DNA from: Candidatus Peribacteria bacterium
Lineage (GTDB): Bacteria; Patescibacteriota; Gracilibacteria; Peribacterales; Peribacteraceae
Assembly: GCA_041691135.1 (NCBI GenBank)
Contig: JBEPVF010000010.1
Span: 1-57,454 of the forward strand
Length of the DNA stretch: 57,454 bases
Direction of reading: 5' to 3'
The position numbers and the translations under genes are program-made. The notes under the pieces were generated by a model. The model was not told where the DNA came from. It did not search any database and worked only from the letters and a program-made list of their open reading frames with translations. Shown here in pieces: positions 49,765-57,454 of the stretch (its first letter is position 1; every line of letters starts with the position of its first letter).

Positions 49765-50805
49765 ATGACATTTCCCTCTCATTCTCATCGCGTTCTGGCG
49801 CTCTCGATTGTCTTCGCCAGTCTCAGCGTGACGGCGTGGAGTCTTGCATCGCCGACGACCGATCTGTCGGCACGTTTGGTGGTTCCGGGCAAGACACTGG
49901 TGGTGCCGTGGCGCACAATTGAGCCGGACGAAATCGTCGCCGGCGCCGTGGTGCCCGCCGATACGCAGACAATCATCAGATTGCCGCTCGACATGCAGCC
50001 GATCACCAAAGAAACGCTCTTTGGCCACCGCGGAAAAAACACGCGCTACTGGGGATACTGCTACCCGGAAGACTACGATCCGAAAGCGGCGACACCGTCG
50101 ACCGGGTTTCCGGGCAAATTGTTCCTTTCCACGGCGGAGATCAACTATCGTCTCAAACGCCAGCAGGATCAGAAGCCGACGTTCACCATTTTGAATCCGC
50201 CGACGACGCCGCAAGATCTGGCACCCGTACCGGGCAGCGAAAACGGCCGCATCCGAAATCAAAAGGAGGTCTTCTATGGCGGCGAAGTGTGTTACGTGAT
50301 GTCCGAACTGCCGCTGCCGATCGGCACGGACGATGATCGGGATGAATTGAATACGTGGGAAGAAAAGTATTACAAAACCGACCCGCAGAATTCCGACAGC
50401 GACGGCGACGGACTCACCGACGGACAGGAAGTGATTTATCTGCACACCGATCCGTTGCTGCGCGACACCGATGGCGACGGCATCATCGACGGCATCGAAG
50501 ACCGCAACCGCAATGGGCGCGTCGACTCGGGCGAAACCGATCCGCTCAATCCCGATTCGGACCGCGACGGTTTGTGCGACGGCTACTGTCGTATTGATCA
50601 GACCGGTCAAATCTGTACCGGCGACACGGCCGCACGCCGCTGCACCAGCCTCACGCCGTTCAAATGGCGTGGCGAGGACAAGAACCTGAACGGCAAAGTC
50701 GATGCCGGCGAAACCGATCCTCTGCAATGGGATACCGGTGCCGATGGTGTCAGTGATCTACAGAAGTATTACAACTGTATTCTGCAGAGTAAGAATGATT
50801 GCTAG
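49765..50805 (+). CDS. Secreted protein with thrombospondin type-3-like Ca-binding repeats
   Basis: Signal peptide; repeats 'TDP..xDSDGDGLTDG.E', 'DTDGDGIIDGIE', 'DSDRDGLCDG'. Confidence 0.85.
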   Translation: MTFPSHSHRVLALSIVFASLSVTAWSLASPTTDLSARLVVPGKTLVVPWRTIEPDEIVAGAVVPADTQTIIRLPLDMQPITKETLFGHRGKNTRYWGYCYPEDYDPKAATPSTGFPGKLFLSTAEINYRLKRQQDQKPTFTILNPPTTPQDLAPVPGSENGRIRNQKEVFYGGEVCYVMSELPLPIGTDDDRDELNTWEEKYYKTDPQNSDSDGDGLTDGQEVIYLHTDPLLRDTDGDGIIDGIEDRNRNGRVDSGETDPLNPDSDRDGLCDGYCRIDQTGQICTGDTAARRCTSLTPFKWRGEDKNLNGKVDAGETDPLQWDTGADGVSDLQKYYNCILQSKNDC

Positions 50806-50831
50806 AATTTAACAAATATGCTATTATATCT

Positions 50832-51353
50832 ATGAACATGCACATCCACTTCAGTCGCCTCCTCACCTTCCTGCTCACACTGTGCGTTGCCGTACCGGCA
50901 TTCGCCTACGTCACGCCTGAGCAAGTGATGATCGACTCGTTTGGCGTGTCGACCACCAAGCACACGCAGCCGTCGCGCCGTGTAATCGAGGATCAAGCCA
51001 ACCAAGCCAACGTCGTGCGCGTACAGAGTCATTTGGAGCCGGTACATGCCGCTGCTCCTGCATCCAGTGCGAGCTCCGTCTCCGCAGCCGAAGGATCATC
51101 GGCCTCTGCAACGGTTTTCGAGGTAGACGCTGTAACGTTACGTCTGCTGCAACGTATCATGAACGAACGCAAGAACCAGTCGGCGGTACAACCGGCTCCC
51201 ATTCTCTACGCCGGGGCGCCGCTCGATCAGATGCAACCTGCCCGTCGTCCTCTTGCTTCAAGCGGTCCCGAGGAGGTTGTTCTACTCGGATTATTCATAG
51301 CCATGGCCGGAACGTTACTGATGGTGAGAAAACTGGAAGCACAGAATCTGTAG
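50832..51353 (+). CDS. Secreted protein with C-terminal LPxTG-like (LASSGP) motif, TM helix and basic tail
   Basis: Signal peptide ending AFA; C-terminus 'PLASSGPEEVVLLGLFIAMAGTLLMVRK'. Confidence 0.75.
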   Translation: MNMHIHFSRLLTFLLTLCVAVPAFAYVTPEQVMIDSFGVSTTKHTQPSRRVIEDQANQANVVRVQSHLEPVHAAAPASSASSVSAAEGSSASATVFEVDAVTLRLLQRIMNERKNQSAVQPAPILYAGAPLDQMQPARRPLASSGPEEVVLLGLFIAMAGTLLMVRKLEAQNL

Positions 51354-51371
51354 AGACAAACAAGATTCACT

Positions 51372-51617
51372 TCAAGGATGTATGGCAATGTGGCTTTCTT
51401 CGCCGTGAACGGAGTAGGACGGTGAGAGCGCACGATGAATCGGCTTATTTCCACGCATCGGCGCAGAAAGCGGCAGCGCCATACTGAAAAATCTCTCACA
51501 GCTCTGGACCAATAACGGCAGCGTTCTTTCGGTGTACGGAACGTCCGAAAAGTCTCTCCCAAGACCAAAAAACCTGCTGCGCGCTTTTTCTTTTATTCTT
51601 TCTGCGGCTGGCAACAT
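51372..51617 (-). CDS. Small hypothetical protein
   Basis: 81-aa ORF filling the gap before recJ; its start is only 23 nt from the divergent recJ start. Confidence 0.4.
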   Translation of the reverse strand: MLPAAERIKEKARSRFFGLGRDFSDVPYTERTLPLLVQSCERFFSMALPLSAPMRGNKPIHRALSPSYSVHGEESHIAIHP

Positions 51618-51640
51618 GTCTCTGCTAGGATCCCAGTCAC

Positions 51641-53317
51641 ATGGCCTTATCTCTTACAGGTCGGCGTTGGCGCGTTCACGATGATTTGCGTGCATCAGTC
51701 GGTTCGATTGATCAACTTCTGGCGCGTCTTGTGCAGGAACGCGGTTTGTCTGATGGAAAGACGGGACTGTCGTCGGTCAACCTTCTTCCCGATCTTCCGC
51801 GCGCTATCGATCGCATCTGGGAGGCCGTCGACCGGCATGAATCAGTCACTGTTTTCGGCGATTACGATTGCGATGGCATCACATCGGCCGCACAGATGGC
51901 ACGATTCTTTCGCCGTCACGGCGCGGAGCCACGCGTTCGTTTGCCGCATCGCCTGCGCGAAGGCTACGGACTTAAGCCGCATCACATCACCGAATGTGCT
52001 GATGCAGGGACGACGCTCCTTATTACGGTGGATACCGGCATCTCCGCGCTCGACGAAGTGCGCCTCGCGCGCCAGCGTGGTATCGATGTCATCATTATCG
52101 ATCACCACCATCTGCGCGAAGAATTGCCCGATGGCGCTCTGTTGCTTCATCCGGCGCTGAGTCTTGCGTATCCGCACCCATACCCGGCGGCATCCGGTCT
52201 CACGTCACTCGTGGTGGCCGCATTGGAGGCGGCGCGTGGAAACATAGAATGGGAAGACCGCCAGACCGATCGTGCGCTCGCGGCACTTGGAACGGTGGCC
52301 GATCTGGTCGAACTGCGTGGCGAGAACCGTACAATCGTCGAACAAGGATTGGCCGCATTCGCCACCATCGGCGGGCCGCTCGCGCTTCTCAAAGAAGCAG
52401 CCGGACTCACCGGGGTCATCACGAGTCGCGATCTTGCGTTTCGTCTGGCGCCACGCATCAATGCTGCCGGTCGAATGGAGAGCCCCGATATTGCCCTTGC
52501 AGCGTTGCAGGGTGATCTCACGGCCTTGCATCACCTGGAAGAACTCAATCGCGAGCGCCAGGAGCGTGTGCGTGCCCTGTGGAACGAATTGCAGCCGCGT
52601 ATCGATCGTGAGGCACCGATGCTCTTTGCTACGAGCGAGCAATACACTCCGGGAATCGTCGGACTTCTCGCCGGTAAGCTTACCGAAGCATTCGGACGGC
52701 CGAGTTTTGTCGGAAGCATCACCGATGGCATCTGCGTTGCCTCGCTCCGCAGCATTCCGGGATATCACGTTACCGAAGGACTGGCGCGTTACGCCGATCT
52801 GCTGGGTCACTTTGGCGGACATGCTCAGGCGGCTGGTGCTTCGTTGTCGGCGGATGCAGTACCCGAACTCACTACGCGCATGTGCGAGGATGTTTTGCAG
52901 TATGTGCGTGTTGAAGAGCTCATTCCCACGCTCGATGTCGATGCTATCGTATCGGCGTCTCAGATATCTGATGCGCTTTGCCAGGGTGTGCGTTCGCTGG
53001 AACCGTTCGGTCAGGGGAATCCGGAACCCCGATTCCTGCTGCACAATATTTCGCTTACCGAGGCACGCGGAGTGGGTGGCAACGGGGCACACCTGCAAGC
53101 CCGCATTGCCGGTCACAAGCTCATTGGTTTCGGCCTTGGCTCGCTGCTGAAAAACACAGATCAACCGCTTGATGTGGTGTGCCGTATGGGATTCGAAACC
53201 TTTCGCGGCCGCACGGCACTGCAATTGTTCGTTGATGATCTCAGAATCGCGGCCGGCGAACAGCAAATACCGACAAATATTCAACAAAATAACTATTCAC
53301 TGACCACTGATCATTGA
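51641..53317 (+). CDS. recJ: ssDNA-specific exonuclease RecJ
   Basis: GDYDCDG, EGYG, TVDTG, DHH, GTVAD, PRINAAGR, GGHAQAAG, PFGQGNPEP. Confidence 0.97.
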   Translation: MALSLTGRRWRVHDDLRASVGSIDQLLARLVQERGLSDGKTGLSSVNLLPDLPRAIDRIWEAVDRHESVTVFGDYDCDGITSAAQMARFFRRHGAEPRVRLPHRLREGYGLKPHHITECADAGTTLLITVDTGISALDEVRLARQRGIDVIIIDHHHLREELPDGALLLHPALSLAYPHPYPAASGLTSLVVAALEAARGNIEWEDRQTDRALAALGTVADLVELRGENRTIVEQGLAAFATIGGPLALLKEAAGLTGVITSRDLAFRLAPRINAAGRMESPDIALAALQGDLTALHHLEELNRERQERVRALWNELQPRIDREAPMLFATSEQYTPGIVGLLAGKLTEAFGRPSFVGSITDGICVASLRSIPGYHVTEGLARYADLLGHFGGHAQAAGASLSADAVPELTTRMCEDVLQYVRVEELIPTLDVDAIVSASQISDALCQGVRSLEPFGQGNPEPRFLLHNISLTEARGVGGNGAHLQARIAGHKLIGFGLGSLLKNTDQPLDVVCRMGFETFRGRTALQLFVDDLRIAAGEQQIPTNIQQNNYSLTTDH

Positions 53318-53324
53318 TAGTCGA

Positions 53325-53549
53325 TCACACTGGTGCCAGTTTTCCTTCCATAAAGAACACTTCCGTCACGTCGACGTTGAGTGCGCGGGAAATTTTGTAG
53401 GCGAGAAGGATGGAAGGATTCGTACGGCCACGTTCGATACTCATGATAGTTTGACGCGAGACGCCGGTGCGCAGAGCCAGTTCTTCCTGGGTCATATTGC
53501 GTTCGAATCGCAGACGCCGGATGGAATTTTTTAATTCAATAGTCGACAT
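53325..53549 (-). CDS. XRE/Cro-family HTH regulator
   Basis: 'NSIRRLR...MTQEELA...VSRQTIMSIERG..NPS'. Confidence 0.92.
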   Translation of the reverse strand: MSTIELKNSIRRLRFERNMTQEELALRTGVSRQTIMSIERGRTNPSILLAYKISRALNVDVTEVFFMEGKLAPV

Positions 53550-53696
53550 GCAAGGGGAGAGAAAGTATGCAGGATCAAAGGACGAAAGTCGATGCTGTTT
53601 TTCGCGGAAAAACGAAGCCTCGGCATTGTACTCACGCCGTTGAAACGAGCAAGTAAACGACGGACTTTCCGCTTGATGACGGCTTCAAATACACGA

Positions 53697-55091
53697 TCAT
53701 TCCTTCTTGGCGGCGCGCAGTAGTTTTTTCTCGGCACGGACGACAAAGAAAGCGCCTCCTGCAACGAAAATAACCGTGGCGGTGCCGATGAGCGAGAGGA
53801 TGATGTGAAGATGTCCGCGCAGGAAGTAACCGATAGCCAGCAGGCATCCGGCCCACACCGCGCAGCCCAGAAACATAGCGACAAAGAAGAGACCGCGGCG
53901 CATATTGGTGGTACCGGCAATGAGCGCGGCGAATGGCCGCACGGCACCGACGAATTGCCCCAGAAAAATACTCACCCGGCCGAAGCGGCTCATAAACATA
54001 TCGACTGTGTGCAGTCGTTTTTCAGTCAGATAAAAGTAATGGGCCACGTCGCGCCCGTACCGTCGGCCGATCAGGAAAAGCACAGTGTTTCCAAGCGTCA
54101 GGCCTGCGACGGCTGCGATAAAAAATACCAACCCGGTTGAAATATCCGACACAAGCGTACCGGCAGTGATCATCGTAAAGACGCCCGGCGAAAAGAAGCT
54201 GAGCGGAGGAATGACTTCGGTGAGGGCGAATGCGAAGATGAAGTAGCCGCCATAGCGGTGCACCGATTGCTGGATGTAATGCGGATCCCACAAATCCTGT
54301 CCATGATAATGATAGGCGAGCAACAGGAGGGCCAACGGAATCAGATAAAAGGAGAAGAGCGCCAATCGAATATGCCCGATGGTACGACGCAACAGCGACA
54401 GCAACAGTGAACTGGTGGCAAAGGAAGCGATGATCGACGCGCTTACGAGTGGGACGGTCACCGTCGCGTGATCAAGCGTCGCGTCGCGCATCGACAGAAC
54501 GAGCGAGGCGACCAGGGTGGGAACAAGGAGCAGACAGGCGAAATCAAAACTATCGCGCCGCGACAAGCCCATGATGCGACCGCTGCCCGTCGCCAGAGCG
54601 ATGGACGAAAAACCCGGAATAAGCGAGAGAGCCTGGAAGATGCCGATGACGAACGCGCGCGGGACAGACAATGATTCGAGTGCCGTGGCCGCCGGAAAGA
54701 ATTCTGTAATCAGCAGAAAGACGCCCATCACGCCGAACGACCAGGCGAGAGATAGCGGATCGGGTTCGTAGCGTTGCAGCAAGGGACGATAGGCGAGTGC
54801 CGCAAGAAGGGTCGGCAGAATGGCTAACAGTATGAGGCCGAACAAGCGACGTGTAGCCGGATGACTGCGGATGACGGATGGACGGAGTCTGCTCCAGGTA
54901 CTTCTGTAGGTTACGATGAGCGCGAGAAGCGTGCCGGTTTGCAGTGCGGGGAGAAGCGAGTGCAAGACGTCGACATCAATATCGATCGGCAGCACGAGTG
55001 CCGGTAAAAGAAGATGTCCGGATGCTGACAGCGGCAGAATTTCTCCGATGCCTTGGACGATCCCGAAGAGGACGGCATATAAAATAGTCAT
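53697..55091 (-). CDS. UppP/BacA-like domain (catalytic residues substituted) fused to a DedA domain
   Basis: N-terminal 'GIVQGIGEILPLSASGH', 'QTGTLLA', 'GIFQALSLIPGFS', 'GLSRRDSFDF' match BacA. C-terminal 'TE...FFSPG', 'GNTVLFLIGRRYG', 'GQFVGAVR...AG' match DedA. Confidence 0.88.
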   Translation of the reverse strand: MTILYAVLFGIVQGIGEILPLSASGHLLLPALVLPIDIDVDVLHSLLPALQTGTLLALIVTYRSTWSRLRPSVIRSHPATRRLFGLILLAILPTLLAALAYRPLLQRYEPDPLSLAWSFGVMGVFLLITEFFPAATALESLSVPRAFVIGIFQALSLIPGFSSIALATGSGRIMGLSRRDSFDFACLLLVPTLVASLVLSMRDATLDHATVTVPLVSASIIASFATSSLLLSLLRRTIGHIRLALFSFYLIPLALLLLAYHYHGQDLWDPHYIQQSVHRYGGYFIFAFALTEVIPPLSFFSPGVFTMITAGTLVSDISTGLVFFIAAVAGLTLGNTVLFLIGRRYGRDVAHYFYLTEKRLHTVDMFMSRFGRVSIFLGQFVGAVRPFAALIAGTTNMRRGLFFVAMFLGCAVWAGCLLAIGYFLRGHLHIILSLIGTATVIFVAGGAFFVVRAEKKLLRAAKKE

Positions 55092-55243
55092 ACCTGATCA
55101 GAGCATACGCGATGGTTGCCGAAGTTCGAAGGCCAACAACGATAGGCGGCCTGTATCCTTCCAGTCATCAGCGCATAACTACGCTGTGCTGACTACCTGT
55201 CCTGAATGGCCATTCAGAGACATTTTTGATACCATTCATGTAA

Positions 55244-55723
55244 ATGACGTCCTCACCGTTCCACGGCATCTTCAGTTCCCTCGGCGAAGAGGACAGCGAA
55301 GCGAAATCAATTTTCTCGTTCGGTTCATCCAAAAAATCTTCAGTGCCACCTACTCCTCAACCTTCTGCCAATCATGCCGCATCACCGCAGGATGGCATTG
55401 GACGCATGGCAGTCGATATTTACGAGCAGGATGACTACTACATCATCAAGGCACCCATCGCGGGCGTACGCCTCTCGGATTTGGACATCGAAGTGAACGA
55501 GAACGTCCTGACCATCCGCGGGCACCGCCGCCAGACCGACATGCTTCCGCAGAATCAATATTATTTGCAGGAGTGTTACTGGGGTTCCTTCAGTCGTTCC
55601 ATTACGTTGCCGTGCCAAATCGATGCCAAGCGCGTGAAGGCGACCTTCAATAAAGATTGCATTCTGAAGGTGCTGGTGCCGAAGGAGGAGAAGATCAAGA
55701 TCGTGAGGATTGCGGAAGGATAA
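55244..55723 (+). CDS. Small heat-shock protein (Hsp20)
   Basis: 'VDIYE', 'LTIRG', 'ECYWGSFSRSITLP', 'ILKVLVPK', C-terminal IxI-like motif. Confidence 0.93.
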   Translation: MTSSPFHGIFSSLGEEDSEAKSIFSFGSSKKSSVPPTPQPSANHAASPQDGIGRMAVDIYEQDDYYIIKAPIAGVRLSDLDIEVNENVLTIRGHRRQTDMLPQNQYYLQECYWGSFSRSITLPCQIDAKRVKATFNKDCILKVLVPKEEKIKIVRIAEG

Positions 55724-55847
55724 TTGGTGATGAGGAAACCGACGAGCGTTCTTCATGGAACACTCTTCCTATTTTCATATTCCATCAGACAGCAAAGAAG
55801 CGCGCAGTTGAGGAGTACATAAAATCCTCGGTTCGCTGTTGGTTGTT

Positions 55848-56105
55848 CTACTTGTGCGCTCCCTTCTTCACCGTCTTCAATTTCTGATCCACTTCCTGAG
55901 GCAGATTCTGCAGCGCTTCATACACATCCATACCACCCATGTAGCGCCAGTCAGCTTGCTTCAAAACTTCTTTGAACTCCTTCACTTCGCGGCGCGTATC
56001 GCGGATCGTTTCGGCATCCTGAAGGTCCATGCGCAAGCGCTGAAGCAGCTTCACTTGCAGAACATACAGCGTGTGGACGCGGTCCAAGGCAGACAGTTTC
56101 GACAT
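55848..56105 (-). CDS. Small helical hypothetical protein
   Basis: 85-aa ORF MSKLSALDRV... with host-like codon usage. Confidence 0.7.
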   Translation of the reverse strand: MSKLSALDRVHTLYVLQVKLLQRLRMDLQDAETIRDTRREVKEFKEVLKQADWRYMGGMDVYEALQNLPQEVDQKLKTVKKGAHK

Positions 56106-56312
56106 AGGATTTGGGTGAATGTTTCTGGTCATTGTAGCGATTTTGGCTCCCAGAGTCAATTGTAGCCCTCTTTTACTACGTAAAATCCGGTTTTTTGTGT
56201 CATAATAATCGAAACAGCCCGTCTTCATGGCGGCAGAGACATATTGTGATTTACCGGGAATTCCGCTTTCATAAGCGTCTCAGCCTAACTTTTGCACATA
56301 ATCACCTCCAGA

Positions 56313-57143
56313 ATGCAACTCACTCAAGCAATCTTACCTGTGGCGGGGCTCGGAACCCGGTTCCTCCCCTGGACCAAAGTCGTTCCCAAGGAACTGCTGC
56401 CCATCGGTAACAAGCCGATCATCGCGCTGCTCGTCGACGAATGTTTGTCGGTCGGCATCACTGATATCTGCTTTGTCATCAGTCGCGGCAAGGAGGCGAT
56501 CCCGCAATACTTCAACGCCATGCCTGAACTTGAGAGTGAGCTCGAGAACCGCGGCAAGCTCCACATGCTCGAAGATCTGAACCGCTACGACAACATCCGC
56601 TTCCATGTTGTATACCAGGAAAATATGAAGGGCGATGGCCATGCGCTGCTGCATGCATTCGATTGGATCAACAGCGATCACGTAGCTGTGCTCTTTGGTG
56701 ACGATCTGATCGTCGGCGACAAGAACGGTCTGCAGCAACTCCGCGATGCCTACGAACATATCTCATCACACGACGATGTTGCGATGCTGAGCCTGCAAGA
56801 CGTACCGCGCGAAATGGTCTCGAAGTATGGCATCGCCGATCTCGATCTGTCACACATCACATCACATGAACGTTTGAAGAAAGTGAAAGGTCTGGTGGAG
56901 AAACCATCACCCGCCGATGCGCCCAGTACTTTCGGTGTTGTCGGGAAATACATCATTCCGAAAAGCGTGTTCCAAACGTTGCACACTATCGAAGCTGGAT
57001 CCAAAGACGGTGAAGTGCGGCTTATTGATGCGCTTATCAAAGATCTTGGAAGCACGAACGTGTACGGTTATGTGTTCGAGGGCACACGATTGGATACCGG
57101 TACGCCGGAAGGATACAAAGAGGCGGTGAGGATGCTGGGGTGA
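56313..57143 (+). CDS. galU: UTP-glucose-1-phosphate uridylyltransferase
   Basis: AGLGTRFLP.TK..PKELLP, GDD, VEKP, GE..L.DA, RLDTG. Confidence 0.93.
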   Translation: MQLTQAILPVAGLGTRFLPWTKVVPKELLPIGNKPIIALLVDECLSVGITDICFVISRGKEAIPQYFNAMPELESELENRGKLHMLEDLNRYDNIRFHVVYQENMKGDGHALLHAFDWINSDHVAVLFGDDLIVGDKNGLQQLRDAYEHISSHDDVAMLSLQDVPREMVSKYGIADLDLSHITSHERLKKVKGLVEKPSPADAPSTFGVVGKYIIPKSVFQTLHTIEAGSKDGEVRLIDALIKDLGSTNVYGYVFEGTRLDTGTPEGYKEAVRMLG

Positions 57144-57197
57144 TTTTTATACAACCAAATAGTCCGTTGTTCCTGAACAGACTGCTGATTAAGTTTA

Positions 57198-57274
57198 TGG
57201 CGGAGCTGACGGGATTCGAACCCGCGACCTCTTCCGTGACAGGGAAGCGCTCTAACCAGCTGAGCTACAGCTCC
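57198..57274 (-). tRNA. tRNA-Asp (GTC)
   Basis: Minus strand: GGAGCTG TA GCTCAGCTGGTTAGAGC G CTTCC CTGTCAC GGAAG AGGTC GCGGG TTCGAAT CCCGT CAGCTCC GCCA. TATAAT lies about 10 nt upstream. Confidence 0.98.
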
Positions 57275-57302
57275 ACATGAGTGGATTATAAAGGTGTTTT
57301 TG

Positions 57303-57454
57303 TGGAGCGCAGCGATTATTTCCCAACGCCTCGGTTGCGACCTCGGCTAGGCCAGCTGAGCTACAGCTCCACGTAAGGTGGAAAGAAAAGAACATCGGAT
57401 GGAGCGCAGCGATTATTTCCCAACGCCTCGGTTGCGACCTCGGCTAGGCCAGCT
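57303..57454 (-). repeat. Tandem 70-bp repeats carrying the tRNA-Asp 5' end, separated by 26-27-nt unique spacers; truncated by the window end
   Basis: 57303-57357 is identical to 57400-57454. 57352-57372 is identical to 57256-57276 (tRNA 5' end). The period is 96-97 bp. Confidence 0.9.

Noticed and set aside
57256-57372. attL/attR of a prophage or integrative element at tRNA-Asp
   Set aside because: The duplicated segment is the tRNA 5' end only 96 bp away, with no integrase or cargo in between.
57303-57454. CRISPR array
   Set aside because: The 70-nt repeat is too long and is partly tRNA-derived. Only two copies are visible and there are no cas genes in the window. Kept as a repeat finding instead.

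Overview
A 57.5-kb, mostly core-genome bacterial window using genetic code 11 (TGA is a stop in metK and uvrB). It is most likely from a Patescibacteria/CPR organism resembling Peribacteria/Peregrinibacteria. That assignment is an inference from the Ser-rich SLH surface proteins, the lack of Shine-Dalgarno motifs and the gene content. The window opens inside a giant surface protein gene (>2,100 aa; GSN repeats, beta-propeller, FN3 and about 10 Ig-like repeats). Housekeeping genes follow: pyrF, comM with divergent yraN, zwf-pgl, metK, serS, uvrB, nnrD, pgeF, ltaE, dgt, topA, HU, jag, dnaJ, recJ, hsp20, galU. There are several peptidoglycan enzymes (amidase-SpoIID fusion, FtsQ-like, DacA, two M23 peptidases), plus tRNA-Trp and tRNA-Asp. 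Features absent from the ORF track include a complete SAM-I riboswitch with terminator before metK, a compact 6S RNA and a 44-aa membrane sORF. The most unusual findings are (1) a UppP/BacA-DedA fusion whose phosphatase catalytic residues are all substituted, (2) a repeat-spacer array built from the 5' end of tRNA-Asp that runs off the window end, (3) pervasive leaderless or SD-less gene starts, and (4) dispersed 7-bp and 9-bp periodic inverted-repeat elements. No CRISPR-Cas, transposase, integrase or rRNA was found. All domain and motif calls are by eye.
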